Source: Candidatus Methylacidiphilales bacterium
GTDB taxonomy: Bacteria > Verrucomicrobiota > Verrucomicrobiia > Methylacidiphilales > JBCBYL01
Assembly: GCA_050329585.1 (NCBI GenBank)
Contig: JBHJOR010000001.1
Span: 5,967 to 69,966 of the forward strand
Direction of reading: 5' to 3'
DNA length: 64,000 nucleotides
Under the pieces are notes generated by a model. That model was given only the letters and a program-made list of their open reading frames with translations, did no database searches and had not been told where the DNA came from. The position numbers and the translations under genes were made by a program. This document shows, one piece after another, positions 21,400-31,862 of this stretch (positions are counted from its first letter, which is position 1; each line of letters opens with the position of its first letter).

Positions 21400-21708
21400 A
21401 TGAGCGAAACCACCACCAAATCGTGCGCCACCGGATCATGTGGATGCGCAGCCACCCCATCGTCCACGCCGACCATTGCTTCCACCAAGGCCGAAACAAA
21501 AGTTGCTTCCAAACCGGAATCCACCGCTCCCGCCAGCACGGAGACCAAGTCCGCCTCCCCTGCCAAAGTGGTCACCCAGAACGGCAAAGGTTCCGCGCCG
21601 CGGAATATGGGCCCCCGTTATCTTCAGAACTTCGGCACGATCAACTGGAGCGTCGCCAACAAGAAAAAACGGCAGGAAGGCCGCCGGGAAGTCAAGGTTT
21701 ACGGCTGA
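21400..21708 (+). CDS. Small hypothetical protein: Cys motif, S/T/K/A low-complexity linker, basic C-terminal domain
   Basis: SCATGSCGC; ATG preceded by an A/C-rich leader; codon usage like neighbouring highly expressed genes. Confidence 0.6.
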   Translation: MSETTTKSCATGSCGCAATPSSTPTIASTKAETKVASKPESTAPASTETKSASPAKVVTQNGKGSAPRNMGPRYLQNFGTINWSVANKKKRQEGRREVKVYG

Positions 21709-21787
21709 TTCACCGCCCCTGTATTCAGCCACTGATTACACTATAGACACGATATCGCATTGACCCTGCGAGGGATTCTTCACAACA

Positions 21788-23056
21788 TTGCTCATGTTCC
21801 GAACTTTCCGGGGTCCATGGTCTGGCATCGCACTTTTTTTCAGCGTTTTTATTGTCATTTCCTGCGGCCCGAAACAATCATCTCAATGGCAATCGCGCTC
21901 CTTGGAGGGGGGATCCACCTCCGGGAATCCGGTTCTATTCTCCGCAGATCTTAACGCAGACGGCGTTCCTGAAATCCTGCAAGGCAGTCCCGAGGACTCG
22001 CATCTGACCTGTTGGTTTTATTCGAAAGAGAACCAAACATGGCAGCCGTTCCGCATCCCCTGTCCACTAGGATTACTTGCCATCGAATACTTACCCCATA
22101 CCCCCCTAACCCAAACACAAGAAGAAGTCCCAAACCGCCGCAGCCTGGTTCTGATCATCGGCCAACCTTCTCCCGCCGTTTTACTGCTCTCTATTCCCGA
22201 CCCTGATACCGAGAGCTTTTCCGACCCCGCCGCTTGGCTTGCTACTCCACTGCCTATACCAGCAGGGAACTGGAGCCAGATCGCAACCGGAGACTTCAAC
22301 AATGATGGTCTGCTGGATCTGGTGCTGGCAGGTGAGTCCATCCATACCGATCTCCCGGGCCACCCCGTGGTAATCTGGTTGACCGCGCCGGAAGGTGGAG
22401 GAACCGCCGTCTCCATCGGTTTGACCGGATCCGCACTTGCGCTTTACACCGATGATATGGAAGGAGACGGTGACCTCGACCTTTTAGTCGTCGATCAAAC
22501 CGCCGCCGCCGGTAGCCGGGGAGCCTACTGGTTTGAAAACCCCTGGCCCGACGATGGCTCGGTTGATTGGAAACGAAACTTCATCACTCTCTCCGCCCAT
22601 GAACCCCAACATCCCGACTTCATCGATCTGGATGGCGATGGTAAATCTGATCTCATCCTCCCGCTGCTTCCCGCTTCGGGTGGAACTGGTAAACTCATTG
22701 CTTTCAAAAAGCTTTCCGCCGCCGCGGAAGTAGCATGGTTGCCCCTACCTATTACCTTCCAAGGAGGCTCGGAGCAAGTCCGCGTGGCGCGTCTGGCCCC
22801 ATTAGATGGAGACTCCCGGTTGGACATGGTGCTGCAGGTGGACGGATCTCGGCCGGACACCTCTTCGCTGATCTGGATACAACAGCCTGATAAAGAATCA
22901 CTGGCATTACCGTGGAAACGCCATCTTATCAGCCCGCAGTTTCAAGGCACCCTTCCCTTGCCGATCCTTGTCATCGATATGGATGGCGACGGTAAACCGG
23001 ATGTCCTCACTCAACTTCCGGGCAGCGGTCCCACGTGGTTCCAAAATCCACATTAA
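21788..23056 (+). CDS. FG-GAP/VCBS-repeat lipoprotein (beta-propeller)
   Basis: Lipobox VISC; repeated DxxxDGxxD motifs (DLNADGVPE, DFNNDGLLD, DMEGDGDLD, DLDGDGKSD, DMDGDGKPD). Confidence 0.8.
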   Translation: MLMFRTFRGPWSGIALFFSVFIVISCGPKQSSQWQSRSLEGGSTSGNPVLFSADLNADGVPEILQGSPEDSHLTCWFYSKENQTWQPFRIPCPLGLLAIEYLPHTPLTQTQEEVPNRRSLVLIIGQPSPAVLLLSIPDPDTESFSDPAAWLATPLPIPAGNWSQIATGDFNNDGLLDLVLAGESIHTDLPGHPVVIWLTAPEGGGTAVSIGLTGSALALYTDDMEGDGDLDLLVVDQTAAAGSRGAYWFENPWPDDGSVDWKRNFITLSAHEPQHPDFIDLDGDGKSDLILPLLPASGGTGKLIAFKKLSAAAEVAWLPLPITFQGGSEQVRVARLAPLDGDSRLDMVLQVDGSRPDTSSLIWIQQPDKESLALPWKRHLISPQFQGTLPLPILVIDMDGDGKPDVLTQLPGSGPTWFQNPH

Positions 23057-23148
23057 GCTGTGACCGCATCTCCATCTCTGAAGGGTAACCGCTGCACTCG
23101 TTTCACTTTTTTCGTGCGCGGGTCGGGAAACCCGTTACGTTAGCCTCC

Positions 23149-23862
23149 ATGTCGGACGTGATAGAGTCGCTCCTGATCCTGCAAAACCGCGACCAACGAA
23201 AAATGCAGATCGAAGCCGATCTGGCTCGTATTCCCAAAGAAGAAGCCGTCATCCGCCAGAATTTGGCCACCCAATCCAAGGACTACGAAGAACATAAAAA
23301 GCAGGCGCTGCAAATTGAAGTCCGCAGGAAAGAACTCGATACCGACGTCAAATCCAGAGAAGCCCAAATTTCAAAATATCTCAACCAGCAGCTCCAGACC
23401 AAAAAGAACGAAGAGTATCAGGCGCTCGGCCATGAAATCGAACGCACCCGGCAGGAGATCTCAGCCCTCGAAGACCGGGAACTCGAACTGATGGAACAGT
23501 ATGAAAAAGCCCAACAAGAAGTGGCACGTGAAGCAGTAAAGGTTAAAGAATACCAGAATGCCGCCGCTACTCGACAAACCAGCCTCACCGAGAAAAAAGT
23601 AAATTTAGAAAAAGAGCTCACTCAGGTCGTCCAAGAAATTGCGGCACAGGAAGCAAACTGTGAACCATCCGCACTCTCCCTCTACCGGCGTATTCTAACC
23701 AGCAAGGGCGACAGCGCGGTAGCCCGCATTGATGACGGAAAGTTTTGCGGAGGATGCCACATGGCGCTCACCCACCAAGACATTCTCTCCGCCAAAGCCG
23801 GCCGACTTTCCCATTGCGGCAATTGCGGTCGCATCCTCTACTGGCAAAACGAATTCGCCTAG
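23149..23862 (+). CDS. Coiled-coil plus C4 zinc-ribbon protein (DUF164; FlgZ/HP0958 and CdsZ/CT398 family)
   Basis: Long coiled coil with KKNEEYQAL; CGGCH...CGNCGRILY. Confidence 0.9.
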   Translation: MSDVIESLLILQNRDQRKMQIEADLARIPKEEAVIRQNLATQSKDYEEHKKQALQIEVRRKELDTDVKSREAQISKYLNQQLQTKKNEEYQALGHEIERTRQEISALEDRELELMEQYEKAQQEVAREAVKVKEYQNAAATRQTSLTEKKVNLEKELTQVVQEIAAQEANCEPSALSLYRRILTSKGDSAVARIDDGKFCGGCHMALTHQDILSAKAGRLSHCGNCGRILYWQNEFA

Positions 23863-23911
23863 CCCTCATCTGAACACCAACGCCGCTTGACCACGCGGCA
23901 TACTTTCAATC

Positions 23912-24967
23912 ATGGAAAACACCCGTATCGATATCGAACGCCAGATCGAACTGGACTTTGTGCGCGCCACCGAAATGGCGGCTCTCAACACACTTCAATG
24001 GCTGGGCAAAGGCCAGAAAGAAAAAGCCGATGAAGCCGCCTGCGACGCTATCCGCGGCATGTTCGACCTCATGGAAATAAGCGGCACTATTGTCATCGGA
24101 GAAGGCATCAAAGACCAAGCACCCGGCCTGTTTTTAGGAGAAAAAGTGGGAACGTGGCGCCCGGGCACGCCCGCCTTCGACATTGCCCTCGATCCGGTGG
24201 ACGGAACCACCAATGCCAGTAAGGGCATGCCCAATTCATTGAGCTGCATCGCCGCTGCCATGTGTGACGACAGCAACTCACCACGCCTTCAGGACATTCC
24301 CGCCTTCTACCTTAAAAAACTCGCCTACCCTCTCAAAGTGCGTGAAGCGTGGATGAAGGATCCCTCGCTTCCCATCCATGTAGACGCCCCCATCTCTGAA
24401 GTCATCGACATCACCGCAACGCTTCTGGGCAAGGAAGTGCGTGACGTGGTCGTCTGCGTGCTCGACCGTCCCAGAAATTACGCGTTGATTGAAGAAGTGC
24501 GCCGTAAAGGCGCCACCTTGCGCATGATCGTGGACGGAGACATCGCCGCTGCTCTGGCTCCCGCCATGCGCACCTCCGGTATCGACCTTTACGCAGGAAT
24601 CGGAGGAACCCCCGAAGGCGTCCTTTCTGCCGCAGGACTCCGTTGTCTGGGCGGTGGAATGAGGGCCAAAATCTGGCCGCGCGATGAAGAGGAACGCAAA
24701 TCTCTTATTGCCCAAGGCTGGGGAGATCGCCTCGAGATGGAATATATGTCCAAGGATCTCGCGCAGGGCAAGGACATCGTTTTCGCCGCTACAGGCATCA
24801 GCAACAGCCCGCTGCTCGATGGTGTGCACGTGGAGGGTTGTATCGCCCGCACCCACTCGGTTTTAATGCGCGCGCGCAGCGGCACCATCCGATTTATTGA
24901 AAGTTTCCATAATTTAGAACGAAAAACCATTCATCTGCGCTCCACTGGACGCGAGGCGAAAGTCTGA
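23912..24967 (+). CDS. glpX: Class II fructose-1,6-bisphosphatase
   Basis: VRATEMAA, IVIGEG, DPVDGT, DGDI, GGTPEGV, FAATG. Confidence 0.93.
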   Translation: MENTRIDIERQIELDFVRATEMAALNTLQWLGKGQKEKADEAACDAIRGMFDLMEISGTIVIGEGIKDQAPGLFLGEKVGTWRPGTPAFDIALDPVDGTTNASKGMPNSLSCIAAAMCDDSNSPRLQDIPAFYLKKLAYPLKVREAWMKDPSLPIHVDAPISEVIDITATLLGKEVRDVVVCVLDRPRNYALIEEVRRKGATLRMIVDGDIAAALAPAMRTSGIDLYAGIGGTPEGVLSAAGLRCLGGGMRAKIWPRDEEERKSLIAQGWGDRLEMEYMSKDLAQGKDIVFAATGISNSPLLDGVHVEGCIARTHSVLMRARSGTIRFIESFHNLERKTIHLRSTGREAKV

Positions 24968-24986
24968 GGACGTTCCCGCTCCTGCC

Positions 24987-25502
24987 ATGAGTTCTATTCC
25001 ATTGGCCTCCCTAACTCCACGGGCAGGCCTGATCCTTCGAGTCGGGATTGCATCCCAAACGGTGGTAGTCTTGCAGGATGGTTCGCCCTTGGCGGCTTTC
25101 CCCGTCTCGACTTCACGCTACGGATGTGGCGAAACAGAGGGCAGCCACCAAACACCGCGCGGCTGGCACGTGGTGGCGGAAAAAATTGGAGAGGCACAAC
25201 CCCTCGGCACCGTCTTTAAAGGCCGGGTGCCCACCGGAGAAATGTGGGATCCTTCGATGCCGATGGACTTGGAAAACGAGGACGCCGATCTCATTCTTTC
25301 CCGCATTCTTTGGCTCGATGGCACCGAACCCCACAACACCAATACGAAAGACCGCTACATATATTTCCACGGCACCAATCGGGAGGATCTGATTGGCACC
25401 GCCGCCAGTATCGGCTGCATCCGTCTGCGCAATCATGACATGCTGAGTCTATACGATCTTGCCGACGTGGGCACTCCGGTATGCATTGATGAATACGTCT
25501 GA
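24987..25502 (+). CDS. L,D-transpeptidase (YkuD)
   Basis: FPVSTS, TPRG, YFHGTN..GTAASIGCIRL. Confidence 0.9.
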   Translation: MSSIPLASLTPRAGLILRVGIASQTVVVLQDGSPLAAFPVSTSRYGCGETEGSHQTPRGWHVVAEKIGEAQPLGTVFKGRVPTGEMWDPSMPMDLENEDADLILSRILWLDGTEPHNTNTKDRYIYFHGTNREDLIGTAASIGCIRLRNHDMLSLYDLADVGTPVCIDEYV

Positions 25503-25571
25503 GGTGCGCGGTCAGGAAGTAGGAGGTTTGCTCCTTGATTGTTTTTTGACGAGGGACAGTATCCAAAATCC

Positions 25572-26324
25572 ATGAAAATCTCCGCCTGCCTGATAACGCT
25601 TAACGAAGAGGCCAACCTGCCGCGTTGTCTGGAAAGTATCCGTCCTGTGGTCGATGAAATTGTCATCATCGATTCGGGTAGCACCGACCGAACCAACTAC
25701 ATCGCCACCGAATTCAATGCCCGCTTCCTGCGTCACGAGTGGGAGGGATACGTAGGACAAAAGAATTTTGCGCTCACGAAAGCCACCCATCCCTGGATAC
25801 TCAGCATCGATGCGGACGAAGCCCTCTCACCTCAATTAAGTGAAGAGATTGCCCGCCTGCGCGAAGCTGCTGCTCCCTCGGTTTCAGGATTCTCTATGCC
25901 GCGGGTGGTGAACTATCAAAACCGATGGATCCGCTTTGGTGATTGGTATCCGGATGTGTTGGTTCGCTTATTCCAAAAAGAAAAAGCGCGTTTTGACGGA
26001 GCGCAAGTGCACGAGCGGCTGGAGATCGACGGAGAAATCCTTCCTCTGCGTGGTGAACTTTACCATTTTAGCTTTCGTGACGAGGCGGATTACCTTAAGC
26101 GCTCCGAACACTACTCTACACTTTGGGCTCAAGACAAGGCTACCGCCGGGATGCGGGCAAACGGCCTCAGCCCATGGACTCATGGAACATGGAGATTTTT
26201 ACGCAGCCTGCTGATTAAAGGTGGCTTCCGTGGCGGCACCCTCGGCGTACGCTTGGCCTTTCTGCAAGCCCGTGAGGTGTTTCAGAAATACCACAAACTG
26301 GCCCGCCTTGCCTCCTCACGGTGA
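25572..26324 (+). CDS. Glycosyltransferase family 2 (WaaE/KdtX-like)
   Basis: LITLNEE, DSGSTD, SIDADE, VHE. Confidence 0.9.
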   Translation: MKISACLITLNEEANLPRCLESIRPVVDEIVIIDSGSTDRTNYIATEFNARFLRHEWEGYVGQKNFALTKATHPWILSIDADEALSPQLSEEIARLREAAAPSVSGFSMPRVVNYQNRWIRFGDWYPDVLVRLFQKEKARFDGAQVHERLEIDGEILPLRGELYHFSFRDEADYLKRSEHYSTLWAQDKATAGMRANGLSPWTHGTWRFLRSLLIKGGFRGGTLGVRLAFLQAREVFQKYHKLARLASSR

Positions 26325-26389
26325 ATAAGTAATAAAAAATTTCCTTCGCATTCCCCGCACGACCTGATACCTTCCGCGCCCAATAGATT

Positions 26390-26653
26390 ATGGCAGGAGA
26401 AACAATAGAAGTAGAGGGAACCGTTAGATCGGTCATGAAAGGAACCTCTTTCCGGGTCGGACTCGACAACGGTCATGAGGTGCTCGCCCACATTTCAGGA
26501 AAAATGCGCAAACATTTTATCCGTCTCGGCATAGGGGATCGCGTTAAAATGGAAATGAGCCCTTACGATTTGAGCAAGGCCCGCATCACCTTCCGCTGTC
26601 GCACCGAAACCCAACAGACCCAGCAGGCCGGGCCACAAAAACGACGGAAGTAA
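26390..26653 (+). CDS. infA: Translation initiation factor IF-1
   Basis: [36 protein letters not shown]. Confidence 0.97.
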   Translation: MAGETIEVEGTVRSVMKGTSFRVGLDNGHEVLAHISGKMRKHFIRLGIGDRVKMEMSPYDLSKARITFRCRTETQQTQQAGPQKRRK

Positions 26654-26684
26654 TTTCTTCCGCTCGTCAGCCTCCACTTCCGCC

Positions 26685-28823
26685 TCAAGCTTCCGTTCGA
26701 TCTTCCAACAAACGGCGCAGCGCGTCAGCTTCCAACACGGCTTCCAAACATCTCATATTGCGGCATAACAAAGCGGCTGGCTTCTCCCCAGCCACCGACT
26801 GCGGAGCGGGAATCCGATCCCGATTAAACGGCCAGTTCTTCTCATGGGTATAACCTGTTACCCGGAACGGCCCGTAAACGGTATGAGCCACCTGTTGCAG
26901 GGCTTCCGCCTGTTCTCCAGCGTGATCACCGGAAAGCAAAAGATGCTCCGGAGGGCGCAGCCACCACATCAGCGCCGCCATCATACGTGGCACACCGTGT
27001 GGGGCTTGACGTAATTCTCCTCCAAAAGCCAGCAGTCCCTCGTGGGCACGTGCGCGGAACGTTTCCACCTGCAACAAATCACCCAATCGAATCAAATTCT
27101 CAAAAGACACTGAATTGGCCGAGGGTTCTGCGCCATCGTGATCCTCCTTCATCCGCACCAGAGGGCATTCTTGTCCGTTCTCGACAGAAAAATAACCACC
27201 CTGTTTTTCATCCCAAAAACCTTTATCCAATGTTTCCTGTAACTCCATCGCCCAGGCCAGATGAACCGGCTCACCGGTCACCTCATACAGACTTAACAGT
27301 GCCGAGATCAAAAAGGCATAATCATCGGCAAACCCTGCTACCGTTCCGCGCTGGGTGCGATAACTACGGAAAAGTACTTTGGTATCTGATGCGTAAAGCT
27401 CGCGGGCAATAAAATCTAAGGCTTTCAAAGCCCGATCCAAAAAGTTCTTATCTCCCGTGACCGCATAGGCTTTGGCCAACGCCGAGATCATCAGACCATT
27501 CCATGCCGTGATGACTTTGTCATCCCGATGCGGACGAGGCCTTTGCTCTCTGGCAAGGAATAGCTTCTGTCGCGCAGACTCCAGACGCTCTACCACCGAG
27601 TCAATGGTTATGCCCGAGGCTGAGGCGATGTCATGCAGCGCCGTGGTCACCGCAGGCACATTCACACCATCCAATTCGCCATGCGGATCACTCTCGGGTC
27701 TCACATTCCCCTCCGGGCGGATGCCAAAACGCTTCTGCCAAATCTCGAGTTCATCGACAGTAAGCCATCTGGCCGCGTCAACCAGCGTCCACACATAAAA
27801 GGCTCCTTCACGTTTTTCTGGTGCTGCCTCATCCGGCAGACTGTCAGCGTCCTCGGCCGAATAAAAACCCCCTTCTGGAGCCGATAAATCCCTCATTACG
27901 TAGCCAAGAGTTTCCAGCGCCTTGTCCTTAAAGAAGGGATCGCCACCTGCCTGATACGCCTCCAACAGCACCGAAACCAGCTGTGCTTGATCATAGAGCA
28001 TTTTTTCAAAGTGGGGAACGTGCCAGAAAGCGTCGACGGAGTAGCGATGGAATCCGCCGCCGACGTGGTCATACATTCCACCATCAGCCATGCAGCGAAG
28101 CGAGTGAAAGACCATCTGCCGGGCATCTACCGCCACTTTCGGCGACACTTCGGCATGACGCAGTAAAAAGTGAAAAACAGCCGGTCGCGGGAATTTTGGG
28201 GCACCGCCGAATCCCCCGAGATCGTGATCATACATTTCCCTAAACTGATCATACGCCGCATCCAACCACTCGGGACGCAGCTCGGCTTCATACGAACCCC
28301 CGGACGCCATCTCTTCCAGTGCATTGGTTACGCTCTGGGCATGCTCACGAATTTTTTTTGCATCCTCTTTCCATGCAAGCGCAATGCGGCGCAGGACGGA
28401 AAGGAATCCCGGACGGCCATATCGATCCTCCGGGGGAAAATACGTTCCTCCGGCAAAGGGTTGGCGATCCGGAGTCAGCCATACGCTGAGCGGCCACCCC
28501 CCGTGACCGGTCGTGGCTTGCACAAAACTCATATAAACACGATCCACATCCGGTCGTTCCTCCCGATCCACTTTGATACTGATAAATTCGCGGTTGAGCA
28601 CCTCAGCCACCGCAGCATGTTCAAACGACTCACGTTCCATGACATGGCACCAGTGACATGTGGAGTAACCGATGCTCAAAAAAATCGGCTTGTCTGCGGC
28701 CCTTGCTTTTTCAAACGCCTCGTCTCCCCACGGAAACCAGTCTACGGGGTTGTACGCGTGCTGAAGCAAATAGGGGGATTGTTCACCGATCAGGCGGTTA
28801 GCAGATGCAGCAGGTGAGGACAT
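26685..28823 (-). CDS. Thioredoxin-domain / alpha-alpha toroid protein (YyaL, DUF255)
   Basis: [55 protein letters not shown]. Confidence 0.92.
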   Translation of the reverse strand: MSSPAASANRLIGEQSPYLLQHAYNPVDWFPWGDEAFEKARAADKPIFLSIGYSTCHWCHVMERESFEHAAVAEVLNREFISIKVDREERPDVDRVYMSFVQATTGHGGWPLSVWLTPDRQPFAGGTYFPPEDRYGRPGFLSVLRRIALAWKEDAKKIREHAQSVTNALEEMASGGSYEAELRPEWLDAAYDQFREMYDHDLGGFGGAPKFPRPAVFHFLLRHAEVSPKVAVDARQMVFHSLRCMADGGMYDHVGGGFHRYSVDAFWHVPHFEKMLYDQAQLVSVLLEAYQAGGDPFFKDKALETLGYVMRDLSAPEGGFYSAEDADSLPDEAAPEKREGAFYVWTLVDAARWLTVDELEIWQKRFGIRPEGNVRPESDPHGELDGVNVPAVTTALHDIASASGITIDSVVERLESARQKLFLAREQRPRPHRDDKVITAWNGLMISALAKAYAVTGDKNFLDRALKALDFIARELYASDTKVLFRSYRTQRGTVAGFADDYAFLISALLSLYEVTGEPVHLAWAMELQETLDKGFWDEKQGGYFSVENGQECPLVRMKEDHDGAEPSANSVSFENLIRLGDLLQVETFRARAHEGLLAFGGELRQAPHGVPRMMAALMWWLRPPEHLLLSGDHAGEQAEALQQVAHTVYGPFRVTGYTHEKNWPFNRDRIPAPQSVAGEKPAALLCRNMRCLEAVLEADALRRLLEDRTEA

Positions 28824-28841
28824 CTCATCAACTTAGCTGGC

Positions 28842-30047
28842 TTAGCTACGATGTAAACCCGGACCCTTCCACTCAGGAATCAGCATCAGGCAAGACACCA
28901 GAATCAAACCAGTGCTCAGGGCTACCACTCCGCCAAGGGGCCACAACGCAGCCATCGGGATGGAAACCATCGGAGCCAATAAACCGCGCAGCCCGGTCAT
29001 CAGAATGTGCACCGACATATAATCGGCCACTTCATGATCGGGTGCCACGCGTGTCACCCACAGGCTCCAAACCACATTGCCTCCCGCAAATCCCAGTCCG
29101 GAGAGGAACGACCCCGCCACAAAACCCGCCCAATGGCCGCTCAGGAAAAAAATAAGAATCGATAAAACAAACAGAATATTCAGTAACAACCGCAGCAGTG
29201 CAAAATTCATCCGGTCAAATAAACCGCCCCACATTCGAGTGAATGCAAAAATAGTTAATGAAGGAATCACTCCAGTAATCACCGCCACCATCAGGGGTGA
29301 ATATTCAAAACCGTAAACCGGCTCCACCAGCACTTTAACCTTGAGTGGCACCATCATTAAATTGCCGAAGCCTAACAACATCCACATGAGAATCAACCAG
29401 CGGAAATATCCGTCGCGCCGCAGTAACCGCAGAGAACGATAAGGATAATGTCCCGGTTCCTCGGCTAGGGGTCGGCCCGGCATCCGCCCGACACACCAGG
29501 CTGAGTAGGCAAAGGCCGCCGCCAGCACCCCAAGATAAACATCCGCCCGTTGCAAATCTAGCTTCAGCATCCACCCCGCCAACGCAGAAAAAAACGCCAA
29601 CACCAAAACCTTGATTCGATTCACCTCACCAAAGACTCCACCCCTTCCACTTTCGGGAAAATTCTGTTGATACATTTGCGTAATCAACGGAATGCTACCC
29701 ATCGCGCAAACCATCGCCACCGTTCCTCCCACCACATAAACCCACGCACTGAAAAGGAACTGCGACGGCACCAAGGCCACCGCCGACGCCGCCATCAGGA
29801 TCGCCGACGCCCGGTTGACCGCCATCCCGGAGCGCCGCACCACATACAAAACCACTGGACTCAAGAGCATCCCCAGGGATCCTCCGGCAGCCACCCATGC
29901 CTGCATCGTGGTTCCCGCCCGATGAAGTTCAATGGCAATCAGAAGAAAAAAAGTGGCCCCGAAAGATTCGATGATGCCCGCGCCGGGTGCGCGCCGCACC
30001 TCCCACCGGCGCGCTTCAATCTGCAGTTCTTGGAGCTTCACACTCAT
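28842..30047 (-). CDS. MFS transporter
   Basis: About 12 hydrophobic segments; WGGLFDR motif; ATGA overlap with the upstream gene. Confidence 0.75.
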   Translation of the reverse strand: MSVKLQELQIEARRWEVRRAPGAGIIESFGATFFLLIAIELHRAGTTMQAWVAAGGSLGMLLSPVVLYVVRRSGMAVNRASAILMAASAVALVPSQFLFSAWVYVVGGTVAMVCAMGSIPLITQMYQQNFPESGRGGVFGEVNRIKVLVLAFFSALAGWMLKLDLQRADVYLGVLAAAFAYSAWCVGRMPGRPLAEEPGHYPYRSLRLLRRDGYFRWLILMWMLLGFGNLMMVPLKVKVLVEPVYGFEYSPLMVAVITGVIPSLTIFAFTRMWGGLFDRMNFALLRLLLNILFVLSILIFFLSGHWAGFVAGSFLSGLGFAGGNVVWSLWVTRVAPDHEVADYMSVHILMTGLRGLLAPMVSIPMAALWPLGGVVALSTGLILVSCLMLIPEWKGPGLHRS

Positions 30048-31000
30048 TTTGCCGCCAGCCCAAGGTAGTTCATTCCCCATGGGATCCAGAGAAGCATGGT
30101 GAAGAATCCCGCCACCGTCGTCCATACCACGACGCGGACCGCAGTAGGCACATCCGCGCCGTACCGCCCCGCTAAGATCACCGGAAACATGGCCGATGGC
30201 ATGGCTGCCTGCACCAGCATCACCGCACGCAGCTCATGAGACACGGGCAACAGTGCTGCCGCCACGATGAAGCCTATCGGTAATAAACCCAACCGGATCA
30301 GACAAGCCGTCACGCCTACTCTCGGATGACGCAGCACGTCGGCCGCACCCAAGTGATCCCAGAAGGTGGCTCCTACCAATAACAACCCCAGTGGAATGGC
30401 GCTGGCTCCCAGCATCGAAACCCCGCTCCATACCGGCGCCGGAATCCACTGCTCTGCATCCAGTTTGTGCAGCATCAGGCCGGATAAGATGGCCAGCACC
30501 GGGCCATTAAATAATTTGCGCCAGGAATCGCGCAGCCTTCCTCCTGACAAAACCATAATACCCACTGTCCATAAACAAACTTCCACTCCCAGATTGTGCA
30601 CAAAAAGCACACCCACTGTTTCCTTATCGAACAAGGCCACGCATAACGGCAACGCCATGTAGGCCCAATTATACAATCCGGTAGAAAGCGCGAAGCTGCG
30701 CACCTCGGCAGGGAGCTTTAAACCCGCTGCCCTTGCCGCCACGAGCGCCAACAACACACCTACCGCCACCGTCGTAAAACCCACTAGTGGAGGCCACCAT
30801 GCGTTGCCCGGTTGGTCTAGTGCAGGATTTCCTACGATCGAGTCCCAAATCAGGCAGGGAATGAGCACATTTAACGTGAGGCGCAGCAGGGTTTCATCCG
30901 CCGCGCGTGTAAGAAGTCTGATCCGACGCAGACCCAAGCCCAGTAGGAGCACGCCGAAGATCGGTACCATCGAGCCCAGTAGTGAATCCCATCCTCCCAT
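30044..31000 (-). CDS. AEC (auxin efflux carrier) family transporter
   Basis: N..YMALP, LFNGP, AIPLGLLLVG, QAAMPSA motifs. Confidence 0.88.
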   Translation of the reverse strand: MGGWDSLLGSMVPIFGVLLLGLGLRRIRLLTRAADETLLRLTLNVLIPCLIWDSIVGNPALDQPGNAWWPPLVGFTTVAVGVLLALVAARAAGLKLPAEVRSFALSTGLYNWAYMALPLCVALFDKETVGVLFVHNLGVEVCLWTVGIMVLSGGRLRDSWRKLFNGPVLAILSGLMLHKLDAEQWIPAPVWSGVSMLGASAIPLGLLLVGATFWDHLGAADVLRHPRVGVTACLIRLGLLPIGFIVAAALLPVSHELRAVMLVQAAMPSAMFPVILAGRYGADVPTAVRVVVWTTVAGFFTMLLWIPWGMNYLGLAAK

Positions 31001-31143
31001 TAGCGATTGTTCGGTTTGGCGCCCCCATGTGGTTTCACCATTGAGCTATGGCACCGCGACGCAGAATTTCCAGTTCAATTCTTTTCGACCACATTTTCAG
31101 AGTCGATTTTTTGCGCGTTCACCGGGTTGTGATAGCCTAACCC

Positions 31144-31827
31144 ATGAATTTAGATCATCCCGTGACGGTCATTAGCGGTGGAGGTTCCGGATTAGGCCGG
31201 GCGCTGGCACTGGCACTGGCCGAGACCGGCTATCGTGTTATTCTCACCGGGCGCCGAGCCGAGAAGCTGCGCGAAACGGTTTCACTGATGGATCAAAAGA
31301 GTGATGCTCTGATTTTACCTTGTGATATCTCCTGTTCAACGGCGGTGGAAGATCTGGCGCACGAAGTGATGCTCCAACGCGGGCCTGCCGATATCCTGAT
31401 CAACAATGCCGGGGTGTTTCCTTCTCTCCAACCGATGCATGAAATGAGCGTTTCGCTCTGGGACGAAACCATGGCCACCAACTTGCGGGGCACTTTTTTG
31501 ATGATGCGCGCATTTCTTCCCCAGATGATTCAGAAGAATTACGGTCGCATTCTCAACATCAGCGCCCCGCTTAAGCACTATCCTGGTGCCGCTGCGTATT
31601 GCGCCTCAAAATGCGGCATAGATGCCCTCACTAAAGCCACCGCTCTTGAAAATAAAGACCGGAACATTCTGATCAATGCAGTGGAGCCCCCCTTGATGGA
31701 TACCGAAATGCATCGAGGTGGCAGCCGGCCCGAAGACATTGTTCCACTTCTTATTCCCTATTTGGATTCTAACGACACCACTACCCGAGGACGCGTGGTT
31801 AAACTCCATTCCCCCTTGCAAAAATAA
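31144..31827 (+). CDS. Short-chain dehydrogenase/reductase
   Basis: GGGSGLG, NNAG, YCASK. Confidence 0.92.
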   Translation: MNLDHPVTVISGGGSGLGRALALALAETGYRVILTGRRAEKLRETVSLMDQKSDALILPCDISCSTAVEDLAHEVMLQRGPADILINNAGVFPSLQPMHEMSVSLWDETMATNLRGTFLMMRAFLPQMIQKNYGRILNISAPLKHYPGAAAYCASKCGIDALTKATALENKDRNILINAVEPPLMDTEMHRGGSRPEDIVPLLIPYLDSNDTTTRGRVVKLHSPLQK

Positions 31828-31862
31828 ATGGGCAGCACCATCCATAACGCTAAGATGTCCCC

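Noticed and set aside
26600-26653. Gln/Lys-rich C-terminal extension of IF-1
   Set aside because: Short disordered tails on IF-1 are unremarkable
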